A stretch of 64,000 nt of DNA, from positions 4,673 through 68,672 of the forward strand of contig CAVPXN010000005.1 of NCBI GenBank assembly GCA_963709745.1, in the 5' to 3' direction. The position numbers and the translations under genes are program-made. Within the stretch, counting starts at the first letter, position 1; every line of letters starts with the position of its first letter. Of the stretch, positions 1 through 10,100 are shown in pieces. This stretch comes from an uncultured delta proteobacterium (lineage in GTDB: Bacteria; Desulfobacterota; Desulfobulbia; Desulfobulbales; Desulfocapsaceae). The notes beneath the pieces were generated by a model. The model worked only from the letters and a program-made list of their open reading frames with translations. It was not told the origin of the DNA and ran no database searches.

Positions 1-74
1 ATGAAAAAATTTTCCCGGTCGCACCGTAGCCGAGAAGTAGCTGACGGAGTCACCCTACGGTAAAGAACACAAAG

Positions 75-250
75 TTTGGCCACCTCAGCAAAACTCAAGT
101 GCCCGATCACCACAATGACAATCAGCACGTAGATTATGATGAAGCACCCCACCTACGTAGGCAATCGGCAGTGACCGTTTGGGGTCGGCGATCTTTTCAG
201 AGGCGTTGGCGATAAGCTCAAAACCTTCATAGTTTAAAAAACTCGCGGAC
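75..250 (-). pseudogene. APC-family amino-acid permease remnant (internal fragment, frameshifted)
   Basis: FLNYEGFELIANASEKIADPKRSLPIAY continues in another frame as FIIIYVLIVIVVIGHLSFAEVAK, a typical APC permease internal segment; no start or full length present. Confidence 0.65.
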
Positions 251-283
251 TCCCCGCAGGCGATCGCGCCCGCGGGGATCGGT

Positions 284-1906
284 TTACCAGACCTGTCCGG
301 GGTTCCTCTCAAGCTGCTGCATCACCGCCTCGGTGGCCTTCTGCAGGCTCAGCGAGTCTGCTCGTTGGCGCGGCGGCCACTGCTGCAGGCTCTTCATGTG
401 CTCGGCGAGAATCCCTTGTGCCGGCACCAGGGTCCACATCTTCTGGGCTAAGAACTTGCGGCCGATATAGCCCCATTCGTGGGAAAGGGGGTCGAATCGC
501 TCCATGGGGTCCATGCGCAGGTTAAAGAGATAGGGCGCCGACGGATAAACGATCGGGTCCCACCATAGCCCGTTCTCCTTGACCCCAAACAGCATTTTCC
601 AATCGCCCACGCGCACACCAGTGAGCGTCGCCTCGTCGTAATAGAAGTAATCCTGACGGGCAGATTTGTCCGTTTTGCCGGTCCATAGATCGAGATTGTC
701 GTAGCCGTCCAGGTGTACCTTGTAGGTCATGCCGCCCATCTCCACGCCCTGGAGCAGCTTGTCCTTGAGGTCCGGCTCGCCCGCGGCCGCGGCCAGGGTA
801 ACGAACAGGTCTTCGTGGCTCTGGATACCGTTCGAGACGCTGCCCGCAGGAATCTGGCCGGGCCAGCGGACCAGCATCGGCACTCGCACGCCGCCTTCCC
901 AGGTCGTGCCCTTCTCGCCCCGGAAGGGCGAGTAGCCGCCATCCGGCCAAAACATCAGCTCGTAGCCGTTATCCGTCGAATAGACCACGATGGTGTTGTC
1001 AGCAACCCCGAGGTCGTCGAGCTTCTTCAGCATCGCGCCGATCTCCTCGTCGTGCTGGATCATGCCGGCGCGGTAAACATCGTTCTCGGGACGCCCCTCG
1101 TCGACGGCCTTCTGCATGTACTCCTTGGGTACGTGGGTCCAGATGTGCATCCGGGTGGGGTTGAACCAGACGAAGAAGGGTTTGTCTTCCTTGATGCTGC
1201 TCTCGATGAAGGTTTCTGCCGCCTGCAGGAACTCGCCGTCCACGGTCTTCATGCGCTCGCGGGTGAGCGCACCGGTGTCCTCGCAACGCTGCTTGCCCAT
1301 GGGGCCATACTTCGGGTCACCGGCGGGGTCGTCGGTGTCCGTCGCCCAGCAATGCAGGACGCCACGCGGGCCGAACTTCTCGGTGAATTTGGGATTCTTA
1401 ACTCCCGGGTAGTCGAGCTGCTCTGGCTCTTCCTCGGCGTTGAGGTGATAGAGGTTGCCGTAGAACTCGTCAAACCCGTGCACGGTCGGCAGAAACTCGT
1501 TGCGGTCGCCCAGGTGGTTCTTGCCGAACTGCCCGGTCGCATAGCCAAGCGGCTTCAGGACCTCGGCCAGTGTCGGGTCTTCCTTCTGCAGGCCCAGTTT
1601 CGAGCCGGGGATGCCGATGGTTGTCAGGCCGGTGCGTACCGGCAATTGCCCGGTGATGAACGCGGCCCTTCCGGCGGTACAGCTTGGGTGCGCGTAGTGG
1701 TCGGTAAACAGCATGCCCTCTTTGGCGATGCGGTCGATGTTCGGCGTGTGGCCCATCATGCCGTGGGTATAGGCGCCAACATTCCACATGCCGATGTCGT
1801 CACCAAAGATGACGAGGATGTTGGGCCTTTCGGCGGCCGCCATTGCGCCGGGCATCCAGGCAATCATCACAATCAACGGAACAAGTTTCAACAAAATCTT
1901 TTTCAT
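284..1906 (-). CDS. Exported arylsulfatase (sulfatase family)
   Basis: Signal peptide; PNILVIFGDDIG; SCTAGR formylglycine motif (CxAxR variant); GKNHLG; TDNG; GGVRVP. Confidence 0.95.
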   Translation of the reverse strand: MKKILLKLVPLIVMIAWMPGAMAAAERPNILVIFGDDIGMWNVGAYTHGMMGHTPNIDRIAKEGMLFTDHYAHPSCTAGRAAFITGQLPVRTGLTTIGIPGSKLGLQKEDPTLAEVLKPLGYATGQFGKNHLGDRNEFLPTVHGFDEFYGNLYHLNAEEEPEQLDYPGVKNPKFTEKFGPRGVLHCWATDTDDPAGDPKYGPMGKQRCEDTGALTRERMKTVDGEFLQAAETFIESSIKEDKPFFVWFNPTRMHIWTHVPKEYMQKAVDEGRPENDVYRAGMIQHDEEIGAMLKKLDDLGVADNTIVVYSTDNGYELMFWPDGGYSPFRGEKGTTWEGGVRVPMLVRWPGQIPAGSVSNGIQSHEDLFVTLAAAAGEPDLKDKLLQGVEMGGMTYKVHLDGYDNLDLWTGKTDKSARQDYFYYDEATLTGVRVGDWKMLFGVKENGLWWDPIVYPSAPYLFNLRMDPMERFDPLSHEWGYIGRKFLAQKMWTLVPAQGILAEHMKSLQQWPPRQRADSLSLQKATEAVMQQLERNPGQVW

Positions 1907-1967
1907 AATTCCTCCCAGTTAAACTTATACAGGCAGGTGTCTAACTATTACCTGCCCAGTTTTGATT

Positions 1968-2959
1968 TTATTCGAAGGCAAAAATCCGATTCCAGTCGGT
2001 CTTCATGCTGATAACGATCCAGCCCTGCTTCTGTGCTTCGTCATACAGCTCCTGGGTGAAGGTGCCGACATGGGTGTCCGGCAGCCCCTGCGCTGGTCCG
2101 TAGGCGTACTCACGCTTGGCGTCGTCGTGGAGGAGAACCATCGATAACCTCGCGCCGTCACCGGCCTTGGTGTATTCCAGCATCTGGCGGTTACCGGTCG
2201 AGTTTCCGAATGCCACGTAGGGCCGACGCCCGATCATCAGGTGGATGCCCTCGGCCTTGCCGACATTGTTGTTGTCCAGGAGTAGTTTCGGCTCCTTGGT
2301 GAGAAACGGCTTGCCGTCCTTATTATAGCCGTACTTGGTCTCTCCGGCGGGATCCCGTAAACAGACTCGGAATACACCCGAACGAAGTCCTGACCGCCGC
2401 CGGTGACGATGTACGTCTTATAACCTTTGGCGCGGAGGTACTCCAGGAGCTCCTGCATCGGCAGGTAGGTGAGATCGGTGAAGGGTCGATCCCAGCGCTT
2501 GTTCCTGGCGGTTGCGAGCCACTTCTCCGCCTCGGCCTTGAACTCGTCGACACTCATACCGGTAAGGGTGGCGGCGAGGATCTTCATAAGGTCGTCCATG
2601 GAGAGCTTGGCCATGGCCTCGCGGTCGCCTGACAGCACGGTTTTGAAAGGCTCCACCTTGGCCAGCTCAGGTTTCACCTTGACCACCGCCGGAACCCGCT
2701 CCAGGCAGTAGACGACCTGGCTGTACATGGGGTGCTCGACCCACAGCGTGCCGTCCTGGTCAAAGGTCGCGATGCGCTCTTCCGGCGAAACATAGTCCGC
2801 ACTGCTCTTATTTGTAGTTGCTTTTACAAATTCCAAAATCATCTGCTTGGCTGCCCCATCGTTCCACGAGGGCAACGGATCAGCTGCTCGCGCGGGCACC
2901 GGCAAAATCAGGAAAAGAAGGGCACACAGCGCGATTGCGTGGGTGAAATGAGCTTTCAT
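1968..2959 (-). pseudogene. Exported HAD-family phosphatase, split by a frameshift near 2342
   Basis: FDQDGT HAD motif I and TGGG in ORF 2237..2959; frame switches after YGIPPE to ETKYGYNKDGKPFLTKEPKLL...HLMIGRR, which is continuous with ORF 1968..2237 (AFGNSTG). Confidence 0.85.
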
Positions 2960-3066
2960 TATTCAAGTCCTCATATCGAAAAAAAATGAGATCGAAAAAA
3001 AGCGGGCGACCTTTTCAGGCCGCCGACTTTTTTACTTCAATATACTACAGCTTCTAGCACAATCCG

Positions 3067-4797
3067 CTACTCACCTGCGTGGCTGATATGTTTGGCAGAC
3101 TGCATCACCTCGATCACCTGATCCAGGTTGTAGCTCGCCGGCATCTGCAGCGACGGGAATTCCCGATACGTCTCGAGTTCCTTCAGCCACAGCAGCTGCC
3201 CAGTGGGCAGGAGGTTCCAGTCATAGATATAGGCCGTGCTTGGCGCGGCCAGTGCGCCGCCGTAGGCCAGGAGGGTACCATCAACCGACGCCACCGACCT
3301 TTCGAAGGGATCACGCTTGAGGTTGCTGACATAGGTCCAGTGATAGGTCTCTGGTGGGCCGAACGCATCCGTCGCAATGGAAGAAACCATCGTGTAGTAG
3401 AACTTCCAGTTCTTGTACCGCACCGCCGAAGGATCTTTACCGGTGTAGTAGAAGAACGTGTCGCGAGCGGAGTCGCCCTTACCTTCGAGATAGTCCCGCT
3501 GATCGACGCCGTCCAGCGTGGTCTTGACGATGCCGGGATACTTGCCGGCCTCAATCTGCTTCTTCAGGCCATCACCCGAAGGCCCGCCGGCGATATTGAC
3601 GAGGGTGGGCACCCAGTCCAGTGAGGAAAAGATCTGATCCGGATGCGTGCCAGCCTTGATGTGCCCCGGCCAGCGCACGAGCATCGGAGCCCGCATACCG
3701 CCTTCCCAGGTGGTAAGCTTGCCGCCCCGGAATGGCGTAATACCGCCGTCCGGGTAGGTGATCGTCTCAGCGCCGTTATCGGTGGTGAAGACGACGATGG
3801 TGTTGTCGAGCTCGCCCATGTCTTCCAGCTTTTTCAGCACATAGCCGATGTTGTCATCCATCTGCTTCATGCCGGCTTCGTTGATACCCCAGTCCTTTCC
3901 GCCCTTCTCACCCAGCATGTCCATGTACTTGTCCGGAAGCATGGTCGTGACGTGCATGCGCGCCGGGTTATACCAGACGAAAAACGGCTTGTTGGTCTTC
4001 TTGGGGTCGTTGCGGTCGAGGAAGTCGATGACCTGGGCGGAGATTTCCTCGTCCACAGTCTTGGAACGTTCCAGCGTCAGCGGCCCTTCGTCCTTGCAGC
4101 TCTGGTTCTCCTCAGTGCCATCCGCAGATGTACAATGAATAACCGGCCTCGGTGGCGTCATGCAGAGCCCGTCTCGCGGATCGATGGCACCGGGGACCTC
4201 TGCGAGCCCCTTGACCGGGGTGTTCTTACATGGCGGAACAATGCCCTGCTCGGTCGGCGACTTGTTTATGTCGGGGAAGCTCACCCCTTGCATGGCGTCG
4301 AGGTGATACAGGTAGCCCCAGAACTCCTGGAAGCCGTGTGCCGTTGGCAGCGACGCCGATTTATCGCCGAGGTGGTTCTTGCCAAACTCGCCGGTGTTGT
4401 AGCCGAGATCCAACAGAAATTTGGCGAGAGCCGGCGTGCCCGGCAACAGCGAGCTTGTGGCACCGGGAAGCTGCGGCATGACCATTCCAGCCCGTAACGG
4501 ATGCATGCCAGTGAAGAAGGCGGTGCGGCCAGCCGTGCAGCTCTGCTCGGCATAATAGGTCATAAACCTCGCGCCATCATTCCCGAGGCGGTCAATGTTG
4601 GGCGTCTCCCCAACCATGAGCCCTTGATGGTATGCACCTACATTCATGATGCCGATGTCATCGCCCATGATGAACAGGATGTTGGGTTTGCTGTCAGCGG
4701 CCTCTATAGGCGAGACCGTCCAGGCCAGCGCTGTGCAACAGGCAACAGCCCACAGCAAAAAAGTTCTTGTTGATGATATTCTCATTTTTTCCTCCAT
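3067..4797 (-). CDS. Exported arylsulfatase, second paralog
   Basis: Signal peptide; KPNILFIMGDDIG; EQSCTAGR; GKNHLG; TDNG; EGGMRAP. Confidence 0.95.
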   Translation of the reverse strand: MEEKMRISSTRTFLLWAVACCTALAWTVSPIEAADSKPNILFIMGDDIGIMNVGAYHQGLMVGETPNIDRLGNDGARFMTYYAEQSCTAGRTAFFTGMHPLRAGMVMPQLPGATSSLLPGTPALAKFLLDLGYNTGEFGKNHLGDKSASLPTAHGFQEFWGYLYHLDAMQGVSFPDINKSPTEQGIVPPCKNTPVKGLAEVPGAIDPRDGLCMTPPRPVIHCTSADGTEENQSCKDEGPLTLERSKTVDEEISAQVIDFLDRNDPKKTNKPFFVWYNPARMHVTTMLPDKYMDMLGEKGGKDWGINEAGMKQMDDNIGYVLKKLEDMGELDNTIVVFTTDNGAETITYPDGGITPFRGGKLTTWEGGMRAPMLVRWPGHIKAGTHPDQIFSSLDWVPTLVNIAGGPSGDGLKKQIEAGKYPGIVKTTLDGVDQRDYLEGKGDSARDTFFYYTGKDPSAVRYKNWKFYYTMVSSIATDAFGPPETYHWTYVSNLKRDPFERSVASVDGTLLAYGGALAAPSTAYIYDWNLLPTGQLLWLKELETYREFPSLQMPASYNLDQVIEVMQSAKHISHAGE

Positions 4798-4815
4798 TTG
4801 GTGATGTTCTTTGAT

Positions 4816-5118
4816 TTAGGTCTCAAATTCCGTCGACTGGTCAACCGCGTTAATGATAATTTCCGGCGGCTGACACATGAGCCCTCCGGCTCCCCTTAAA
4901 ACTGTAAAGAGATCTGAGTCCAGGTGGGCATCAGAGTCCTTTTGGGTCGACCACTCTTCTATAAGCAGAAGTTCATTGTCATCTTCAACATTCTGGAAAA
5001 CGACAGCCCTCCGGCAGCCGCTTTCATTTCGAACCTGTTTAACGATCGAGTTGAGAGTCAGCAGAAGCTCTCTACGTTTTACAGGCAACACTTTCATCTT
5101 GATTAGAATGGTAACCAA
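4816..5118 (-). CDS. ABM (antibiotic biosynthesis monooxygenase)-domain protein
   Basis: 100 aa with VRNESGC...LLIEEWST...AHLDS pattern of the dimeric alpha/beta-barrel ABM family. Confidence 0.8.
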   Translation of the reverse strand: MVTILIKMKVLPVKRRELLLTLNSIVKQVRNESGCRRAVVFQNVEDDNELLLIEEWSTQKDSDAHLDSDLFTVLRGAGGLMCQPPEIIINAVDQSTEFET

Positions 5119-5195
5119 TGGGATTCTCAGTCACTTGTTGATCTTTGAAAAGTTGAAACCAGAAATTTGGAGATATGAACTGTTATCTACAGTAT

Positions 5196-5211
5196 GGCAA
5201 TATTTATACCT
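5196..5211 (-). promoter_or_regulatory. sigma54 (-24/-12) promoter for the ABM-sulfatase operon
   Basis: AGGTATAAATATTGCC = GG-N10-GC, about 80 bp upstream of the ABM start; conserved in copy 2. Confidence 0.75.
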
Positions 5212-5215
5212 GGTC

Positions 5216-5228
5216 TAACTGTTTGATT
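5216..5228 (-). promoter_or_regulatory. IHF-binding site
   Basis: AATCAAACAGTTA is an exact WATCAANNNNTTR match, between the -24 element and the putative UAS. Confidence 0.65.
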
Positions 5229-5307
5229 AATTATTGTCGTTTGTTACCGAATTTGTTGAAGATAAATCGTAGGAATGAGCATTGGGATGCTTTGGGAGGC
5301 GATCCGT

Positions 5308-5347
5308 TTCCCCGCGAAATATCAATGATCTGTTAAATATCGCGGAA
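5308..5347. promoter_or_regulatory. Putative upstream activator sequence (copy 2 at 6829..6867)
   Basis: Imperfect inverted repeat CCGCGAAATAT...ATATCGCGG conserved in both promoter copies, about 100-140 bp upstream of -24. Confidence 0.55.
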
Positions 5348-5758
5348 TGGCACGTCTGAAATGATCGAACTCCGGGCGGGGCAAAAGCGGAATATTTGTT
5401 TTTCAGTAACCGTTCACCAGCGCACTCCATCTTCGTCCAATCAGTCCCCTCACTTAACTAGTGATAGCTCAGGAGGCCGTTTGAACCAATCTGGAGCACT
5501 GGCTTAACCGTTACACATCCGGGGTGGCCTGAACATTTCATTAGAAAACGAGAAAAACCATTTATATTTAAACAATATCAAATTCTTCCCACAAGAGGGT
5601 TCTCAGTAGAGTACCCCCTGAGGAGCACGGGTGATTTACGCAGATTATTTGTCTCGGCGTCTCTACCTGGCTTGCCGGTTTTCATGCATGAAGATAATCT
5701 CTGAATAACTGAATTTCTAGGGCACTGAAGCCTTTGCCATTGAAACGCTTATATTACG

Positions 5759-6391
5759 CTACTTTTGATTAAGGCCAATATCCTTAAGAAACTCCATTCC
5801 ACCCCAGTTAGCCTGGATGTCTATCCCCCCATCGTTGATTTGATAGAGACTAACCCCAGGGACCATGGTTATTGCTCCAGACTCGTCCAGATTAACGTCT
5901 CCAATTTTCATAGTTGCATTGGCAGATGCGGATGCATCCAGGCCAACATCTATGAATTGCTCATAGAGTAATTTCGATGTAAATACGAGAACTTGTCTAT
6001 AATTGTCATACCCGATGCCAGGCCCGGTACCTGCTCTCAGCATGATCATATAAACAGGCTTCTTATCGGAATTTTTAAAAGCAACACCCCGCCCTTTTCC
6101 GCCAACATATAAAATGAGGTTGTAACCGGTACTGGTGAACACTGCATAGCCATATGCATCTTCAATAACTTTTTGTGCTTTCGGATTGCTTTTATACAGT
6201 TGCGTCAACGTATCCTCTGCGGTTTTCAGGAGGTGCTTTCTTTCAGTATCCTTTTGCTGTGCAGTCAAATTGGCAGTATCTGATTGAACGTTTTTGTGTT
6301 TGCCGGCGCAAGAGACTAACAACATAGTGATCGAAACGATCAAGATTAAAAAAACTGTTTTAGGGATTTGCTGTAGGCATTTCATAAACAT
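5759..6391 (-). CDS. Lipoprotein with YSC84/SYLF-like domain
   Basis: Lipobox LLVSC; AYGYAVF...GGKGRGV...GPGIG...QVLVF pattern of YSC84-related proteins. Confidence 0.7.
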   Translation of the reverse strand: MFMKCLQQIPKTVFLILIVSITMLLVSCAGKHKNVQSDTANLTAQQKDTERKHLLKTAEDTLTQLYKSNPKAQKVIEDAYGYAVFTSTGYNLILYVGGKGRGVAFKNSDKKPVYMIMLRAGTGPGIGYDNYRQVLVFTSKLLYEQFIDVGLDASASANATMKIGDVNLDESGAITMVPGVSLYQINDGGIDIQANWGGMEFLKDIGLNQK

Positions 6392-6479
6392 AATTCCTCC
6401 GTGTTATTAGTATTATTTGTATAGAGAGTCCAACCATGGGTCCCTGTCGAAGAGCATCTTAGGCGCAATGGAACAACGT

Positions 6480-6645
6480 GTACCACTCACCCATTAAAAA
6501 AGTTCTGATTTACTGCCTTGTGGCAGGGCTTGAGAGCTGTTTAAGAAAACCATCAATTTCGAACCTGTTTTACCATTGAGCTGAGAGACTGCGGAAGCTC
6601 TTTATGTTTTACCGGCAAAGCTATCATTTTGATGAAAATGATAAT
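6480..6645 (-). pseudogene. Degenerate second copy of the ABM gene
   Basis: IIIFIKMIALPVKHKELPQSLSSMVKQVRN* aligns with MVTILIKMKVLPVKRRELLLTLNSIVKQVRNE of 4816..5118; weaker similarity continues to about 6480. Confidence 0.75.
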
Positions 6646-6660
6646 TAATTGAATCTCCGT

Positions 6661-6970
6661 TACTTGTTGATCTTTGAAAAAGTTGAAACCAGAAAAGTAG
6701 TGGATATGAACTATTATCTACAGTTTGGCAATATTCATACCTGATCTGACTGTTTGATTGATTATTGTCGTTTATAGCTGAATTTGTTGAAAATAAATAA
6801 AAAAATGAGCTTTGAAAGGCGACCAGTTTTCCCGCGAAATATAAAGGATCTGTCAAATATCGCGGAAGTGCAAACCTGAAATGATCGAACTCCGGGCGAG
6901 GCAAGAACCAGATGTTTGTTTTTCAGTAACCGTTCACCAGCACTCCATCTTCGTCCAATCAGGCCCCTCA
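6661..6970. repeat. Duplicated promoter module, copy 2
   Basis: Direct, diverged copy of 5132..5452. Confidence 0.9.
6727..6742 (-). promoter_or_regulatory. sigma54 promoter, copy 2
   Basis: AGGTATGAATATTGCC = GG-N10-GC. Confidence 0.72.
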
Positions 6971-7174
6971 CATAGGCGTAATATGCCTTCATCAAAAGCG
7001 ACGCGGGATTGCAGGCCGTATCGACTCGTGAACGTCAGGTTAGTTGCCTTTTAAGGTGTCCCGGTGAACGATTGTGTTTTCAGTGGAAGTTGTTGGACTT
7101 TATCAGTGCCAGGGAGAGAACTTATTTTGCCGCGAATGGGAATATGCTGTCAGGCGTTTAGCCTCTGCAGGATA

Positions 7175-10100
7175 CTAAGGTTTTTGGAGACCAAGCTTGC
7201 GAATACGGGAGCGAAGCGTAGAGGGATTCATGGCAAGAATCTGCGCTGCACCTTTCTCTCCTTCGATACGCCATTCGGTAAACTGGAGCACTTCCTGAAT
7301 ATGATCCTTCTCAACCTCCTGCAGGCTCTTTAAGGTTGGACTCATTTTTTTAGACGCTGGGCTGGATAAGTCATCAGCCAAGCGCAGTTTGGGCCCGGAA
7401 GTATCGATTACCGCGCGCTCGATCACGTTTTCCAGTTCCCGAATATTACCGGGCCAGGAGTAAGCCTGGAGCTTTTGTACGACACTCTTGGGTATTTCTT
7501 CAATAGATTTGCCCAATCGTTTGGCAGCATTGTCAGCAAAAAAATGGACCAGCAGAGGGATATCTTCGACGCGTTGCCGCAGTGGGGGGACCGTGATTGG
7601 AAAGACATTCAGACGAAAGTAGAGATCTTCCCTGAAACGTCCCTGGAGAACTTCCTCTTCCAGGTTCCGATTAGTGGCCGCAATCACCCGTACATCGACT
7701 TTGATGGTACGGGAACTGCCAAGGCGTTCAAATTCGTGATCCTGGAGTACTCCCAATAGCTTTGCTTGCATTTCAAGCGGTAATTCCCCTATTTCATCTA
7801 AGAAAATGGAGGTGCCGTGAGCGATCTCAAAGCGTCCCAGTTGTCGCTCCTGGGCCCCTGTAAAGGCACCCCGTTCATGGCCGAACAACGTGCTTTCAAT
7901 CAAATCAGACGGCAGAGATGCACAATTGACTTTTACCAGGGTGCGATCCCTGCGCGGGCTTTTGTTGTGGATCGCCCTGGCAATCAATTCCTTACCGGTC
8001 CCACTTTCACCAAGTACCAAAACGTTGCTCTCGGTAGAGGCGATCTGTTCCACTTTATACAGCACATACTTGAGCGCAGCACTGTTGCCGATAATGTTAT
8101 CGAAATTGTGTTCAAGTTTGATTTCTGACTGCAAATAAGCAGTCTCCGCCTCAAGCTGGTCTTTTAATTGCGTGATCTCCGTATAGGCGCTAAGGAGGTC
8201 GATTTCTGACTCCTTACGGAGAGTAATATCACGATTGCTTGCGCGAAAACCCTGCAATGAACCCTGGTGATCAATAACGGGTTGGCAATTGTGTTCAAGC
8301 CAGCAGATTTGGCCATCCCGCCGCTCTATCCGATATTGAATCTGGCAAGATTTCAATTCATGACGGGAATCATGATAATGACTGTCCCACACACCCTGAT
8401 CTTCCTGGACGATAATATCTCTAAAAAGGGCGGGGTTATCCAGGAATTCTCTGGGCGAGTAGCCGCTGATGCGCTCACAGGAGGGAGAGACATATTCAAG
8501 GGACCCGTCAGCATTGAACCAGTACTCCCAGTCATGGGTGAAATTAGCGACCACCTGATATTTAGCTTCGGCCATGTTCAATGTTTTTTCATGATGTTTG
8601 CGTACTATTGCATTGCTCAGAATTTCAGCGATCAAACGACATTGCCGTACAAGTTCGTGCGGCCATTCTTGACGGTGTCGCAACATAGTGAGAGACAGTA
8701 CGCCCATAATTTTCTCTTCTGTCGACAAGGGTATCGCGGCCAATGAGAGAACGCCCAGGCCGCTCAGGAAATTACGGTCGTCTTCGGCTTCTACAGGCAG
8801 GTCGGCAAGATTGGCAAGGGTAAATATCTCCCCCTGTATCAATTTTTGATTGATCCACGGGAGCTGGTCGAATCTATATTCAGAAGGCAGTGTGACAGTA
8901 TCGATATGATTGTGTGAATACACATGATAAAACAGTTTATTTTCTTCGGATATTTCATAAACACTCACTCGATCTACATTGAGGGCATTACCTATTGATT
9001 CCAGTACATGTTTTATTTCTGTATCTATACGATGAGACGGCAGGTTGACGAAGCGGGCCGAGAGGGTGGACAACATTTTTTCAAAATCCAAACGTTCAGC
9101 GAGTTGCCACTGGGCCCTGCGACGTTGCCTTCGCGCCATCATTAAATAAAAGATCAGTCCGCTTTGGGCTAAAAGTACAAAAAAGGTGGCAACGATATAC
9201 CAGCGGTAGCTCTCCCAGAAGGAGTAGGTCTTGAACTGAACGATGCTGTCGGGTGGGAGTCGATCCTCTCGGATTCCGAAGCGTTTAAACTGCCGCCAAT
9301 CGAACTTATTAATTGTCGTGCCCTTACTTGACATGGGAATATTTGAGGGCTTTTCGCCTCTTAATATGCGTAAAGCAATCTCGCCGGCCCTGACCCCGCT
9401 CATTTCCATACTGAACATCCTCCCGCCGACGATACCGTCGCCGAAATAGGAATCCAGAATGCCATACACCGGCGCATTGGCTTCTTTCGCCAGGATGGAA
9501 GCAGCCTCCCGGGGAACAAAGGCCTTGCCGCTACCATCCTGCCAGAGGAGGGAAAAGAGGATCACCGTCTGCTCAGGCAGATTTTTGACTTTTTCCTCAA
9601 TTTCAGCAAACGGCAAACGAGTCAGATAAATGAAGTCGAATTGCTTGGTATACGGCTCAAATGCCTGGCGGAAACCTTTCTCTAAAAACAGCTCCTCACC
9701 GGATGCACCATTGACAACCGCAACGTGGCGTGTCTCCGGATGGATCTCGAGTGCCGTATTCAACAGCCCGGCGTAGTCGATATCCGCAAAGACACCGGTA
9801 ATCTCAGGGGGTAAACGTAGACTCTCTATGTTTGTCTGCGTGATGCCGGAAAAGACAACGGGGATGTTTTGAAAAAGATCATCGCGGTGAACAATAACAA
9901 ACTCAAGTGAGGCCAGGTCGTAGGTGATTATCAGATCGATCTTGTTCTTGGAAAACTTGTGGTGGTATAAATCAGTCAATAACTGGTTATGCTTCTGATC
10001 GGGATTGCGGTAAGTATCCATATATTCGATAAAATACTCAATATCAAATTCCGTGCCTGCCTCTAACCCCTGCTTGATGCCTTGTTCTATCATGGAGTAT

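Larger units (their letters stand above)
5132..5452. repeat. Duplicated promoter module, copy 1 (copy 2 at 6661..6970)
   Basis: Long colinear matches such as CTTGTTGATCTTTGAAAA, TGAAATGATCGAACTCCGGGCG, TTTTTCAGTAACCGTTCACCAGC and CTCCATCTTCGTCCAATCAG. Confidence 0.9.

Noticed and set aside
1-75. Short structured segment at the window edge, possibly a mobile-element end
   Set aside because: Truncated by the window boundary and has no second copy in the window to support a call.
713-2011. 432-aa plus-strand ORF, and similar long ORFs at 3079..3624, 3643..4497 and 52022..52984
   Set aside because: Antisense shadows of GC-rich genes that carry clear family motifs on the other strand; the shadows have no recognisable motifs.
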